A stretch of DNA of 64,000 nucleotides, taken from positions 24,118,001-24,182,000 of the forward strand of contig OX597828.1 of NCBI GenBank assembly GCA_951406725.2, given 5' to 3'. The first letter of the stretch is position 1, and every line of letters starts with the position of its first letter. The notes beneath the pieces were generated by a model that saw only the letters and a program-made list of their open reading frames with translations, did no database searches and had not been told where the DNA came from. Both the position numbers and the translations under genes were made by a program. Below are positions 14,319 to 26,497 of this stretch, one piece after another. The DNA comes from Octopus vulgaris (lineage: Eukaryota).

Positions 14319-14809
14319 GTATTGCAACGTTTCCTTTTCATTTTAAGACTTTGATCAGTATTATTGTTATTTAGCCTCAGACCAGACAGCTTTCAGCAAA
14401 CCTTTGATTAGAGATACTCAAGTTGCCAATATTCCACCACTTATTCCAGCACAGTTTATCGAGGACTACATAACGCAAAATGAGTGTGGTTTTTTAATGG
14501 CGATAATTTTTTTTACTATGAAAGCCTTACGTTTTAAAAATGGAAGCCTACATTGCATATTCTAGTTCTAACTACTCTAGGTGTTGCTGTTGAAAGTAAC
14601 TTGTAGAAGGGTTGTTTGAAGATTGTCAACCTATCCTTGAAGACCTCTGTCACTACGATCAACATCAACAGCAAACAATGTTACGAATCGATAGACTAAG
14701 GTGAAATACAAGAGATGGGAAGATGGAGGTAACGAAGAAGTGTAAAGTAGCGAGTGAGAAGAAAATAGAAGAGTGTTAGGTAGAAACACGCAAAATACGC
14801 ACGCATACG

Positions 14810-15215
14810 GCATTTCCTACGTTTCTATAAGTCCTGAGTTCAAATCCTATTGATGTTAGCTGCGCTTTTCATTCATACTGGGTTGACAAAATGAAGTAAC
14901 AGTCAAGTACTTAGGTCTATAATATGTACTATTCTGCTACCTCTAATATTACTCGTTTCATGTCAAAATTTGAAACCATTGTGAGAAGAACCAGCAGAAA
15001 GAATCATTTCAATTACACTTACAAAGGCCTGGAATTTGTGGGGAAGATGTCCCATAGACTCTGGTACTTCACTGGTAGTTAATTTAACGGCCCCGAAAGA
15101 ATAAAAGGCAAAATCATACTCGGATGAATTTGAACTAAGAACATAAAAACAAGCAATATGGCAGTAGGCAATTTACGCGACGTGTTAACAAATCTCCCAG
15201 CTCGCCGCCTTAGCA
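14810..15215. mobile_element. Two decayed SINE family A copies in opposite orientations
   Basis: GAGTTCAAAT...CTTTTCATTC...AAAATGAAGTA on the plus strand and CCCCGAAAGAATAAAAGGCAAA...ATTTGAACT...CAGCTCGCCGCC on the minus strand. Confidence 0.6.
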
Positions 15216-15349
15216 ACAGCAGGTGCAATAATAGTTAATAGTAGTTGTAGGAAGCATACATATGATAGATGTTTGAATATCTTCACATAAAAATTACCAA
15301 TATGTCGGAAAAGCACACATTTTAAATTTCATCATTGAAAACATGTATT

Positions 15350-15415
<66 letters not shown>

Positions 15416-15746
15416 CAGAGACAGAGATACATATATGTATATGTATACATGTATGTATATATATATATATATACGTAAATTTTATATGTGTGTAATCAAT
15501 ATGTATTCAGAATATTTGTAAATGTTTATTATATATTATTTTTTCTTTACAATTTTTTAAATACCTTATGACAGGTATTTAATTTTAATTTAAAAATATG
15601 TCCTATGTTGACACATAGTAAATTGAAGTTACATACTTTTTTTGTATTTCCTTTTATCTAGAAATATGTGCATTTCAAGATATAAAAGTGTGATTACGTA
15701 TGTGTGTATGCACACAAATATAGAAATGCATTTTCTCCCTCTCTCT

Positions 15747-15801
<55 letters not shown>

Positions 15802-16275
15802 CGTGTGTGTGTGTGTATATATATAAAAGATAGAATATGTGTGTGTGTATGTGAATGTAATTTATGCACGCCCACAAACTGGTACGCATGTCGTTCTAAT
15901 TTTAGGACATTCGACATGACCTTAGCCGTATTATCGTCAACTATTTTTCCCAGAGGCACCAACGAATAGGAGTAAAAATAAATTTTCAACCAAAATGTTT
16001 AACAATTTTCAAGTTGGAGAAATCACCATTGTTTACAAACAGAAGTTAAATCCCCCCCTAGAGACGAGTAAGTTTCTGTTAACACTTTTTGTTGTTTTTG
16101 CCAGCGAGGAAAAAAGGGTTTTGTTGATATAAGACAACACACACACGCACACACACACATAGGCACACACAGACACACACACACACACACATACACATAC
16201 ACACGAACATTTATGCGTACAAAAAACATGTATGCAATAGGTGTACGTACGTGTGTCTATGTGTGTGTGTTGCCC

Positions 16276-16312
<37 letters not shown>

Positions 16313-17487
16313 ACACAGCTATATACTCGCGCGCGCACGTACATGTATATAATGAGAGAGAGAGAGGGAAAGATTGGGGCACAAGGTGTTTGACATAACA
16401 GTTTGCATCTTGGGTCAAGGTCACTAGTGCGTTCGGTTCTCGGATCGAAACGCACGTTTTCCTTCATTTACTTCAGCGTATTAAACTAAAGAGAAGCGCA
16501 AAAACGATGGTTGTTGTGAAGTTTGTGAGAGGTATCGTACACTCAACTGGATATAGATGAATAGATTGTGTGTACACACACACATGGGAATTTATTCAAC
16601 TCAGTTGCCAGATCTATTTTATGTCTTTCACTATTTCTCCTATCTTTCTATCTATCTAACTATCTATCTATCTATTTATCTAGGTAGCTAGCTATATATT
16701 TATCTGTATACCTATTTATCTGTCTATCTTTCTCTGTATCTTCCTTTGGATATGTGTGTGTGTGTGTGCGTTCATGTATAGTTATATTTGTATATGTCTA
16801 TAGTGCTCGATTCCAACCCCCGAGTGTAATTAATTATGAATTATACTTCTCTTTTCGTTATACTTACATAATTATGAAAACGTGTCGTGACTTGAGCTAA
16901 CCCTCAGAAATTCCTACGTAACATCATTTATCAGATGTTATGCTTGTCGTGCTAAGGGTTAACCTTACATTGGAACACAACTATTGGTATTGCGAGACTT
17001 GTTGGTCATGAATATTCGAGCGTCTGCCATGTAATTTCTGTTAGTCTTGTTAGCATATATATTACGTTGTACTTTCATGTGTGTGTAACAATAAGTCACT
17101 TTCAATGTTGTAAAATTTTCCTCTAATTGTGAAGGAAGGATGAGAAATTCCTAGAGATATGATTATTACTGCTAAGAATATACTGGGCTGTTTTTATTAT
17201 GCTTTCAACAAACTTTGAAGTGTGAAACATATTGTCAAGTCTGTTTGTAGATCGTGATTGGTTTGTAGTTATCCAGTTATTGTCTATACAGGAGATGTTT
17301 GCTAAAATGTTATTGCAATATAGAACGATTCTAGCAAATATACGTATTTTTAAGAAACTTTAGAGCATTTTCTCTTAACGCTAAATAAGAGATATTTTGT
17401 TTGTTGATTGTTGCTGTTGTTTATGCTGTTGTCTTTTTCTTCTTCTTCTTCTTCTTCTTCTTCTTCTTCTACTTCTTCTTCTTCATT

Positions 17488-17968
17488 CAATCAGGACTCA
17501 CGCCATTAGCCACAAAGAATAATCTCTAATTCGAGCCTATTCTAAGCTGTTAAGAATGCGTGTGGCAACTTGAAGATCCACCCACCACACGCGACAGACT
17601 GGCGGTTGCACGGGCGAAAAAGCTACGCTGTTTTCCTCATTCCGTAAACGGTGGCTTTTAACAGTTGGAGAGCTGAAACATCCTGGGGCACAGAGGATTC
17701 GCAATCTAGACTAGGGTCTGAAAGTTTTTACCACACGATAGTGGGTTACAGCATGGTTCCTCTGCTTTGTGGCAGAAGTAGGAAGAAAGAGTAAGAGAAA
17801 GTTGTGGTGAAAGAGTACAGCGGGGTTCACCACTCTCCCCTGCCGGGGCCTCGTGGAGCTTAGGTGTTTTTGCTCAATAAATACTCACAATGCCCGGTCT
17901 GGGAATCGAAACCGCGTTTTTACAACCGCAAGTCCACTGCCCTGACCACTGGGCCATTGCGCTACCAC
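17488..17968 (-). mobile_element. tRNA-headed SINE, family D
   Basis: Aligns end to end with 13092-13554, and its 3' end abuts (CTT)n. Confidence 0.9.
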
Positions 17969-18463
17969 CTGTTTTTGTTGTTGTTCGTATTTGTGTTAAT
18001 AATATATGTTGGATTAACCGGAAGCTAAGCAAACTATCGTGTATCATCACCGTGATTAAGAATGCTGACAGAGATGTGATACATTTAACACTTTAGCTTT
18101 GCCACTTAATTTCCAGGCCTTGGATTGATGTCGATAAAGTGAAACATAATGCAGCAGAAAAGACGGCGATGAAAACGAAAAAAAACAGTTCAAATAACGA
18201 CTACAAAAACAAAACAAAATATTGACAGTTACAATAACATCAGTGAGAACAACAATAAAAGAATACTACAACGAAATCAAGTAACAGAATCAACAACTAC
18301 GCTATACAAGCAAATAAACAACAAAACAACAGCAGCAAAAATAAATACGACATCCATCAACTCGTAAATAGAAGGAGTAAATGGCGCAGCAGGTCTAAAC
18401 GTCTTCTCGGTGCGCTTCCATGTGGTCGCTGCGTGTGTGAGAAAAATTTTGATCAGCATTTAA

Positions 18464-19423
18464 TGCGGTGAGCGAGCAGAAACGTTAGCACGCCAGGAGA
18501 AATGCTTCGCGGTATAGCCGTATTTCGTCTGCCGCTACGTTCTGGGTTCAAATTCCGCCGAGGTCGACTTTGCCTTTCATCCTTTCGGGGTCGATAAATT
18601 AAGTACCAGTTACGCACTGGGGTCGATGTAATCGACTTAATACCTATGTCTGTCCTTGTTTGTCCCCTCTATGTTTAGCCCCTTGTGGGTAATAAAGAAA
18701 TAGGTATTTCGTCTGTCGTTACGTTCTGAGTTCAAATTCCGCCGAGGTCGACTTTGCCTTTCATCCTTTCGGGATCGATTAAAATAAGTACCAGTTACGC
18801 ATGGGGTTGATATAATCGACTTAATCCTTTTGTCTGTCCTTGTTTGTCCTCTCTGTGTTTAGCCCCTTGTGGGTAGAACAGAAATAGGCATTTCGTCTGT
18901 AGTTGCGTTCTGAGTTCAAATTCCGCCGAGGTCGACTTTGCCTTTCATCCTTTCGGGATCGATTAAAATAAGTACCAGTTATGCACTGGGGTTGATATAA
19001 TCGACTTAATCCGTTTGTCTGTCCTTGTTTGTCCTCTCTGTGTTTAGCTCCTTGTGGGTAGAAATGAAATAGGTATTTCGTCTGTAGTTGCGTTCTGAGT
19101 TCAAATTCCGCCGAGGTCGACTTTGCCTTTCATCCTTTCGGGGTCGATTAAAATAAGTACCAGTTACGCACTGAGGTTGATATAATCGACTTAATCCGTT
19201 TGTCTGTCCTTGTTTGTACTCTCTGTGTTTAGCCCCTTGTGGGTAGAACAGAAATAGGTATTTCGTCTGTAGTTGCGTTCTGAGTTCAAATTCCGCCGAG
19301 GTCGACTATACCTTTCATCCTTTCGGGGTCGATTAATTAAGTACCAGTTGCATACTGGGTCGATCTAATCGACTGGCGCCCTCCCCAAAACTTTCGGACC
19401 TTGTGCCTAGAGTAGAAAAGAAT
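18464..19423 (+). mobile_element. SINE family A (Meta/MESC-like central domain) with five tandem 184-185-bp body units
   Basis: A single tRNA-like head is followed by units starting at about 18521, 18705, 18889, 19074 and 19259. Each carries GTTCAAATTCC (B box) and CCTTTCATCCTTTCGGG.TCGAT...AAGTACCAG. Confidence 0.9.
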
Positions 19424-19840
19424 AACTTTGCTTAGGATTTACAAATAGGTAGGACACCCAAGTTCACAACAGTTTCGTTTAATTATACACCTGTTCAATC
19501 TGGACTCCGTTAAGTCTAAAATGCTCCTCTTACTCTTACAGCTAATAAGAATTATTTCAGGTTTTGGTTCAAGGCCAGCAATTTTAGGGGCTGGGGTTAA
19601 TCTTTGACATCGAGCCTAGGGTCCGACTGGAACTTGTTTTATCAACCTGGAAAAGATGAAAGGCAAGGTCTACCCCGGCAGAATTTCAACTTTGAATGTA
19701 AAGACGGATGAAAAGCCGTCAAGACCCAAAATTTTAGGGGCGGTGTTAAACAGATTTAATAGTTCCTGGTGCTCAGTTGGTTCTTTGCTTAGAGCGAGCA
19801 CGGAGGGAAGAAAGACAAATCTGACTTCAACAGAATTTGT

Positions 19841-19890
19841 TACTCAGTGAGACCTAAAACAAGGTAACTCGGTTTAGGTCTCACTGAGTA
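19841..19890. repeat. Perfect 18-bp inverted repeat with 14-nt loop
   Basis: TACTCAGTGAGACCTAAA (19841-19858) pairs with TTTAGGTCTCACTGAGTA (19873-19890). Confidence 0.95.
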
Positions 19891-20288
19891 GCGGTAGACA
19901 ATGATGTTTCTCCTATTGTTGTAAATTCTCAACACCGAGTAGTGGAACGAGGCTCGAAGCAAGCTATATCCCTGTCTATGAATGTATACAAAATGATGCA
20001 TTATTTTCCGTGACATAAAACGTTGGGACATACCAGCAGATGGATCTTACGCCATAATGCATTACTATATATATATATATAGCAATAATAAATATCTGAA
20101 TGAGATGTAAACAGTAACTGCTCGACAACGTAAAGTATACTAGCCATCTCAATATGGCTAACCACTAAGGGTGGGTGTTACTGTAGCTTTTAGCTCCAGG
20201 AGATCATCGTCTCCAGCTGGCTTTAGGCACACTTTCTGTGCTCCTATGGTATTTGCAAAGGGAGGTCATCCCTCTCTCGTAAACCTAA

Positions 20289-20347
20289 GTGATACGCACG
20301 GACTGCAGTTTCTAGGTATTTGCCTGTCTTCGGCTTATGGCAATCAC
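20289..20347 (-). ncRNA. Type I hammerhead ribozyme motif (U4C core variant)
   Basis: The minus strand reads GTGAT-tgc-CATAAG-CCGAAGA-C-AGG-caaata-CCT-A-GAAAC-TGCA-GTC-CGTGCG-t-ATCAC. Stem III is the palindrome ACTGCAGT and the cleavage triplet is GUC. Confidence 0.7.
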
Positions 20348-20639
20348 CGGTTTTCGATGAAGGGAGACCTGTTTGCAAATATTTATTTATTGTTTTTCCA
20401 GTAACTTCCGTCACTGATTTCGAAAAACTGTCTGCAAGCAATAATAAATCTCTGAATGAGATGTAAACAGTAACTGCTCGACAACGTAAAGTATACTAGC
20501 CATCTCAATATGGCTAACCACTACGGGTGAGTGTTACTGTAGCTTTTAGCTCCAGGAGATCATCGTCTCCAGCTGGCTTTAGGCACACTTTCTGTGCCCT
20601 TACGGTGTTTGCAAACAGGTCTCCCTTCATAGAAAACCG

Positions 20640-20698
20640 GTGATTGCCGTACACCGAAGACAGGCAAACACCTAGAAACTGCACTCCGTGCGTATCAC
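20640..20698 (+). ncRNA. Second copy of the same hammerhead motif (in the inverted unit)
   Basis: GTGAT-tgc-CGTACA-CCGAAGA-C-AGG-caaaca-CCT-A-GAAAC-TGCA-CTC-CGTGCG-t-ATCAC, with a G16.2>C lesion. Confidence 0.65.
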
Positions 20699-20858
20699 TT
20701 AGGTTTACGAGAGAGGGATGACCTCCCTTTGCAAATACCATAAGGGCACAGAAAGTGTGCCTAAATCCAGCTGGAGACGATGATCTCCTGAGGTTAAAAG
20801 CTACAGTAACACCCATCCTTAGTGGTTAGCCATATTGAGATGGCTAGTATACTTTACG

Positions 20859-20906
<48 letters not shown>

Positions 20907-21174
20907 TGTTTTTCAAATATAAAATGGGTTAAAGTTGCAATCATTCAAACGTCGGAAAAATTGCATTGTACCATTTCTTCCTGCTTTTCCCGTGTGAGTT
21001 TATGTACCTTGTGTGTCAACTTTACTTTCATGCTTCCAATAAAACGAAGTTTCAGCTAAAACCTTGATGTCGTTTGTATCAATGAAATGACGCCCAACAA
21101 AATTGCTGCTCATGTGACAAATTATGAAAAAATGTTGTTGTATAGGTAGATTAATGATCTCTTGTTACTGCCCT

Positions 21175-21560
21175 TAAGGCGGCGAGATTGTAAAAACGTT
21201 AGCGCACCAGACAAAATGTATAGCAGCTGTTTTCGAGCTGAATTCAAATCTCGCCAAAGCCAACTCTGGCTATTACCCTTTCCTGATCGATAATTACCAA
21301 TGAAATATGTAATCGACTGACCCTGCTTCTAAAACTTGCTGGCTACGAGCCAAAATTTGAAAAGTCTGTGAACTGCCTAAATTGTTGGTACTCCTGACAC
21401 TATTCTTAACGGTTTTTCTTTCGGTTCTTTACCTTCTTAGTTCAAACTGCGCTGCAGTCAACTTCGCCATTCATCCTTTCGAGGTCGATAAAATAAGTAG
21501 GAACCAAGTGCGCGGGTGATGTAATTGACAGACCACTCTCCACCAAGCCTTGTATCAAGA
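21175..21560 (+). mobile_element. Two decayed SINE family A copies
   Basis: AAGGCGGCGAG...ACGTTAGC head, and GTTCAAA...TTCATCCTTTCGAGGTCGATAAAATAAGTA. Confidence 0.65.
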
Positions 21561-23051
21561 TCTATGTGAGTTCTTAGTGTTGTTCATGATGGCTCTGTTA
21601 TTGTTGTTTTTTGTTTTTGTATAGGTTCAAGCGGGAAAAAAAAACCCCACGTATCCCTGTACGCTTATCAAGAGCATGCAACATTGTTCTCTGAGAACGT
21701 TAATTTGTGAATGTATGCTATATCTATTTCGATTTGTTGTAGGATTTCAGTTGTTGATTCTAGTGCTACTCTACCATTTCCTGTGTATATTGTGATAATT
21801 AAGTTTAAAGTGAGTTTGTTACGTGACAGCATTTCATCCGTGATTGGCGAAGTGCAAGCCTTGTGCCGAAACCTATAACAATAATTATTGTTGACGATAT
21901 TTTTGTCATTCCTATTTTTCTTTTTTTCTATAGCTTAATGCCAGAAACTTCCACATGTAACTACGCGTTTTTCAGGTGAATACTACACTGACTTCCGATA
22001 ACTTAAACTTGCGAATGTATGTAACAAGTATTTTTCGCTCATTTAAGTTTCTTACGTGACTGCAATTCGTCCGTGTTGTATAAATTGTGTGATATATTTT
22101 ACATCACTCACTATAGAGTGCTGAAAGCGCACAGCAAGAGATGTGTAGTAAATATCAGTAAATGGCAAATATAAGTTATTTTTGGTGTTGTAGATGTGCT
22201 ATAATTTTGAATCTAGATCATGCAGAAGTGTGAATGCGTTCATTTTATTGTAATATGATATTGATTTGTGAATGGTGGAGAAAGGTAGCACGGAAAACAT
22301 TTTTCAATTCTATGACTCTGCTTTTGCTTTTGAAATCAGATCGTATGCATTGGATCGGAAAGTTCCCGGCAGATTTATAGTACGGATTGCGGTTAGAATA
22401 TAAAACAGTGACATGAATGTGTGTGGGTAAATGATAGGACTTTAGTAAAGGCAAAGGTACCTTCTCGAGTCATATCGACTAATAAAGGCCTGTGTTCCAG
22501 TGTCATGACATATACAGGGCGTGGAGAGGGCGCTGGTCTGCCGCTACGTTATGATTTCAAATTTCGCCGAGGTCAACTTTGACGTTCATCCTTTTGTGGG
22601 TGTCGATAAAAGAATCACCAGTTGAGTACTGGGGTCGATATAATCGAATATATCTCTCCACCATTGTTTGCCAGCTGAGTGGACTTAGCAACCTGAAATT
22701 AAGTGTTTTGCTTAAGAAAGGAACGCATCACTTGCTCCAGGAATCGAAACCACAACCTGACGATCATGAATCCAACTCTCTAACCACAAAGCCACGCACG
22801 TCCACGTTTCCTTATGTTTGACAATTTAATTAACGAGTATATATGTTCACAATACAACCTTGTGTGTTTATTTTCTATTATGGTTCATGGGATTAAGATA
22901 GAAATATAATGAAAGATACTATATCCCATACATATTACATGTGTGTGTAGTTGTATATATGTATATATATATATATATATGTTTGTGTGTGTGTATGTAT
23001 TCACAGCCACACACACAGCACTGGCGCAAACAATCACACACACATACATAC

Positions 23052-23115
<64 letters not shown>

Positions 23116-23445
23116 ATATCTATATACATGTACTTATGTACGTATACAATCACTACACACATATAGTTATAGGATGATAAACAAAACTCAGACGGTTACA
23201 TCATCGACTGCATTCAGAAGAATGTCTCAAATGTTCGTGATGTATTGGAAGAGTATTGATTCATTTCAACATGACGTTGAGTTGATAAGATATTGGTTTA
23301 ATTTGAAAGTCCACACGGCAATTAATCAAAACAAGACAACACAGCAGTCCATGTCAAATAGAGATCTGCGTAAAGTTGGTAATGATCGTAGTTATAAACA
23401 AATTCAAACCAAAGTAGAGCAAATTAACATTCTTCAAGTGTACCG

Positions 23446-23501
<56 letters not shown>

Positions 23502-23504
<3 letters not shown>

Positions 23505-23910
23505 CTGTGACTGTGTAGCAAGCAGCTTGCTTACCAGCCACATGGTTCCAAGTTCAGTCCCACTCCGTGGCATCTTGGGCGAGCGTCTTCTACTATAGCC
23601 TCGGGTTGACCAAAGACTTGTGAGTGTATTTGGTAGACAGAAACTGAAAGAAGAACGTAGTGTATATATAGAAATACATATACACACACACGTATGTGTA
23701 TGTATATGTTTGTGCATCTGTGTTTTTCCTCCACCCAACCGCCGTCGCTTGACGACCGATGGTGGTTTATTTACGTCCCCGTAACTTTGCGGTTCGGCAA
23801 AAGATACAGTCAGAATAAATATTAGGCTCACAAAGGTTAAGTCTTGAGGCCGATTTGTTCGATTAAAATGCAGTGCTCCAGCACGGCCACAGTCAAATGC
23901 CTGAAGCAAA
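23502..23910 (+). mobile_element. SINE family B
   Basis: tRNA-like head, GGCATCTTGGGCGAG..CTTCTACTATAGCCTCGGG, and the same tail as the 9378 copy. Confidence 0.85.
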
Positions 23911-23950
23911 TAACACATTAAAAGAGTATATATATAAATACATATATATA

Positions 23951-24084
23951 TTTCTTTCAGTCTTCCTTTGTGCGGAAGAGCGTACGTTGGAAACGTTAAA
24001 GACTTTTTTTACTTCCCGAGCGTTATCTGTTTGTTGTCTACACCTCCTGTCTTCGTCTTTTGTTTTCTTGTGAATTCTTCCTTT
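23951..24084 (+). mobile_element. Short HHR-bearing repeat (GAGC-gtag-GCTC family) between TA runs
   Basis: CTTT-GTGCGGA-AGAGCGTACGTTG-GAAACGTT-AAAG followed by the family tail CTTCCCGAGCGTTA...CTGTCTTCGTCTTTTG. Confidence 0.75.
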
Positions 24085-24352
24085 ATATATATATATACAC
24101 TACAACACTATATGTGTACTTTCATATGAGTGTTTTCACGTTGGTGGAAATATGTGTGAATGTGTTTGTCTATCAGTGCTTTAACACTTTAACAGTATAC
24201 GTGTATGATGCTTATGCAGTATAAAATATTATCTGATTTGATTTTATCACAAGAGAAGTCAGAAAGTTTTGTCTGACCGTGCATATAAACAGAAATAAAA
24301 TAAAAACTGAAGCTTAACAGACAGCCATATACACAGGAAAAAAATACATATG

Positions 24353-24379
<27 letters not shown>

Positions 24380-24384
<5 letters not shown>

Positions 24385-24386
24385 TC

Positions 24387-24422
<36 letters not shown>

Positions 24423-24423
24423 T

Positions 24424-24465
<42 letters not shown>

Positions 24466-24529
24466 GCATATATATAGAGAGAGATAGGGAGAGAGAATTA
24501 GATAGATAGATTGATAAATAGATAGAAAA

Positions 24530-24563
<34 letters not shown>

Positions 24564-24565
24564 TT

Positions 24566-24652
<87 letters not shown>
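24380..24652. repeat. Long (GATA)n microsatellite
   Basis: Direct reading. Confidence 0.95.
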
Positions 24653-26110
24653 TACTACATGAGAAGATATACATGTATCTGTGAACGGGTGAAAGCTTTA
24701 TGATCGTTTTTTTTTTGTTTATTTAGTTTTCTTTTTCTTGTCATAGGTATGGGTGAAATTGTTTGTTTGATAAGTATACATTTAAACGTGACTTCCTTTC
24801 TGTTAAAGGAATTATTTGATTTCGAAAAGCCTTCGCGATAATATACAGAAGATATTGTTTCAGCTGTCACGTGGATTTAATTCAGTGAAAACTTTCGGCA
24901 TTTATTCTGTCAGAATGTGTTTCTATCTGTATGTTTGAAATAGATTAAGTCTATAACATCAAATACTTCAACGTATCTGATATAACGTCCAGTGGCAAGG
25001 AATTTACAAACAAGCAATATAACTCTGTACAAACTTCCCTATAGAAGCGAACTCCAATGCACAAAATTCCGATTTAAAATCCTTCGTTTTAACGCTTCAA
25101 ATGTTACTAAAATATTTGCGTAAAACATTTTTGTGTTAAACTATGTCATTGTGACCATGTGGTCAGTATGTTTCTTATAAATAAGGTAGTAATAGTTGGG
25201 GTACCATCGTTTAAACGTTTGAGTACGTGACTTCTATAAAAGCTGGTTGATTGATAAAACTAGGTATGTTGATGGTGAGAAACTGCATTGAAACTTTGTG
25301 TATCTCTTTGTATCTGCTTTTGGATGATGAAACTAATATGCTCTCTTGTTTAATAGCGGCATATTTCTCAGAGACTATAATATTCCAAGATTTCCGACTC
25401 AGTCTCTCGTCTGAGAATAGCAACATTTCTCTATAGATTTAATTTTGTTCCCCTTCAATTACTAGCCACAGAGGCTACGCAAAATGCTTACCTCTGCGAA
25501 CGTTCGTCGGTTGATATAGCTTAGAAAAATGAAGTAATTATTCTGGCCTCATCATCTAGAAAAAAATTTTGTTCCTCATCAGCTCTGTATATATGTAAAA
25601 ATTATCTACACTTTTCATATCAGTATGTACACACACGCACACACACACACGCATATACACACACATAAGCACACATACAAATACATACACACCTATACAT
25701 ACATGCATATTAGATATATACATACACAGTTATATATGTATATATTTATATATCTATGCATGTGTTTGTGTGTACGCGTGTATGTATCAAATCATATTGT
25801 GTGTCTCCACTGAGAGCGCCGCTGCATTTATCTGCCCTTTTACCAATTGCATACATATACATACGCACAAATACACAGACGAAAACACATATATAAGATT
25901 GAACCACACATGTGTATACTTATGAAATAATTGTATACATATGCTGCAGAACAACGCGACTCCAAAATATAGGTTTCTCAAACAGCTGGCGTATCAAACA
26001 TACATTGAAATCATCAGCAGCCTAGCAGTTATCACTATGCTTTCGACACCATAGCAGTCCAACTCAGACCAGTGAAAAATATAGGTTGCTTATGTATGTA
26101 TGTATGTATA

Positions 26111-26154
<44 letters not shown>

Positions 26155-26378
26155 CATATGCATATGCATATACATATGTATTGTGAAAACGAAATCGTGT
26201 TCTGTTATCTGTTTAGAGTGTTGTGGTGTGATTGACATAAATACTAAATTTTCTACATGAGACAGACTATGTCTACATATATGTTAAAATGCTTACATAT
26301 AAACATGAAATATTATTCGCATGTATACAGATACGGCGAATGTTTGCGTGATACGCAAAATCCGCCATGTCAGTAGAT

Positions 26379-26497
<119 letters not shown>

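Larger units (their letters stand above)
20081..20860. mobile_element. Retrozyme-like element: 356-bp unit, partial tandem copy, then inverted copy, inserted in (TA)n
   Basis: The unit 20081-20436 repeats at 20437-20615, and an inverted copy spans 20608-20860. Two copies contain an HHR motif, and (TA)n lies on both flanks. Confidence 0.85.

Noticed and set aside
13092-17968. Two 460-bp direct repeats 4.4 kb apart considered as LTRs of one retrotransposon
   Set aside because: Each has a tRNA-type head and simple-repeat tail, there are no TG...CA ends or gag/pol between them, and a third partial copy is at 37090. They are independent SINE insertions.
18521-19423. Regular array considered as CRISPR-like
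   Set aside because: The units are near-identical over their whole length with no unique spacers, the context is a eukaryotic SINE, and there are no cas genes.
20171-20816. Paired ORFs MGVTVAF... on opposite strands
   Set aside because: They are a by-product of the inverted duplication of the non-coding 356-bp unit.
21933-22022. Possible micro-exons (CTATAG|, TTTCAG|...|GTATGT), and an acceptor-like site at 5060
   Set aside because: Such signals are expected by chance in AT-rich DNA, and there is no recognisable peptide or consistent gene model.
25211-25436. Non-repetitive short ORFs on both strands (also 23170-23450 and 60216-60506)
   Set aside because: No recognisable motif, and the lengths are compatible with chance.
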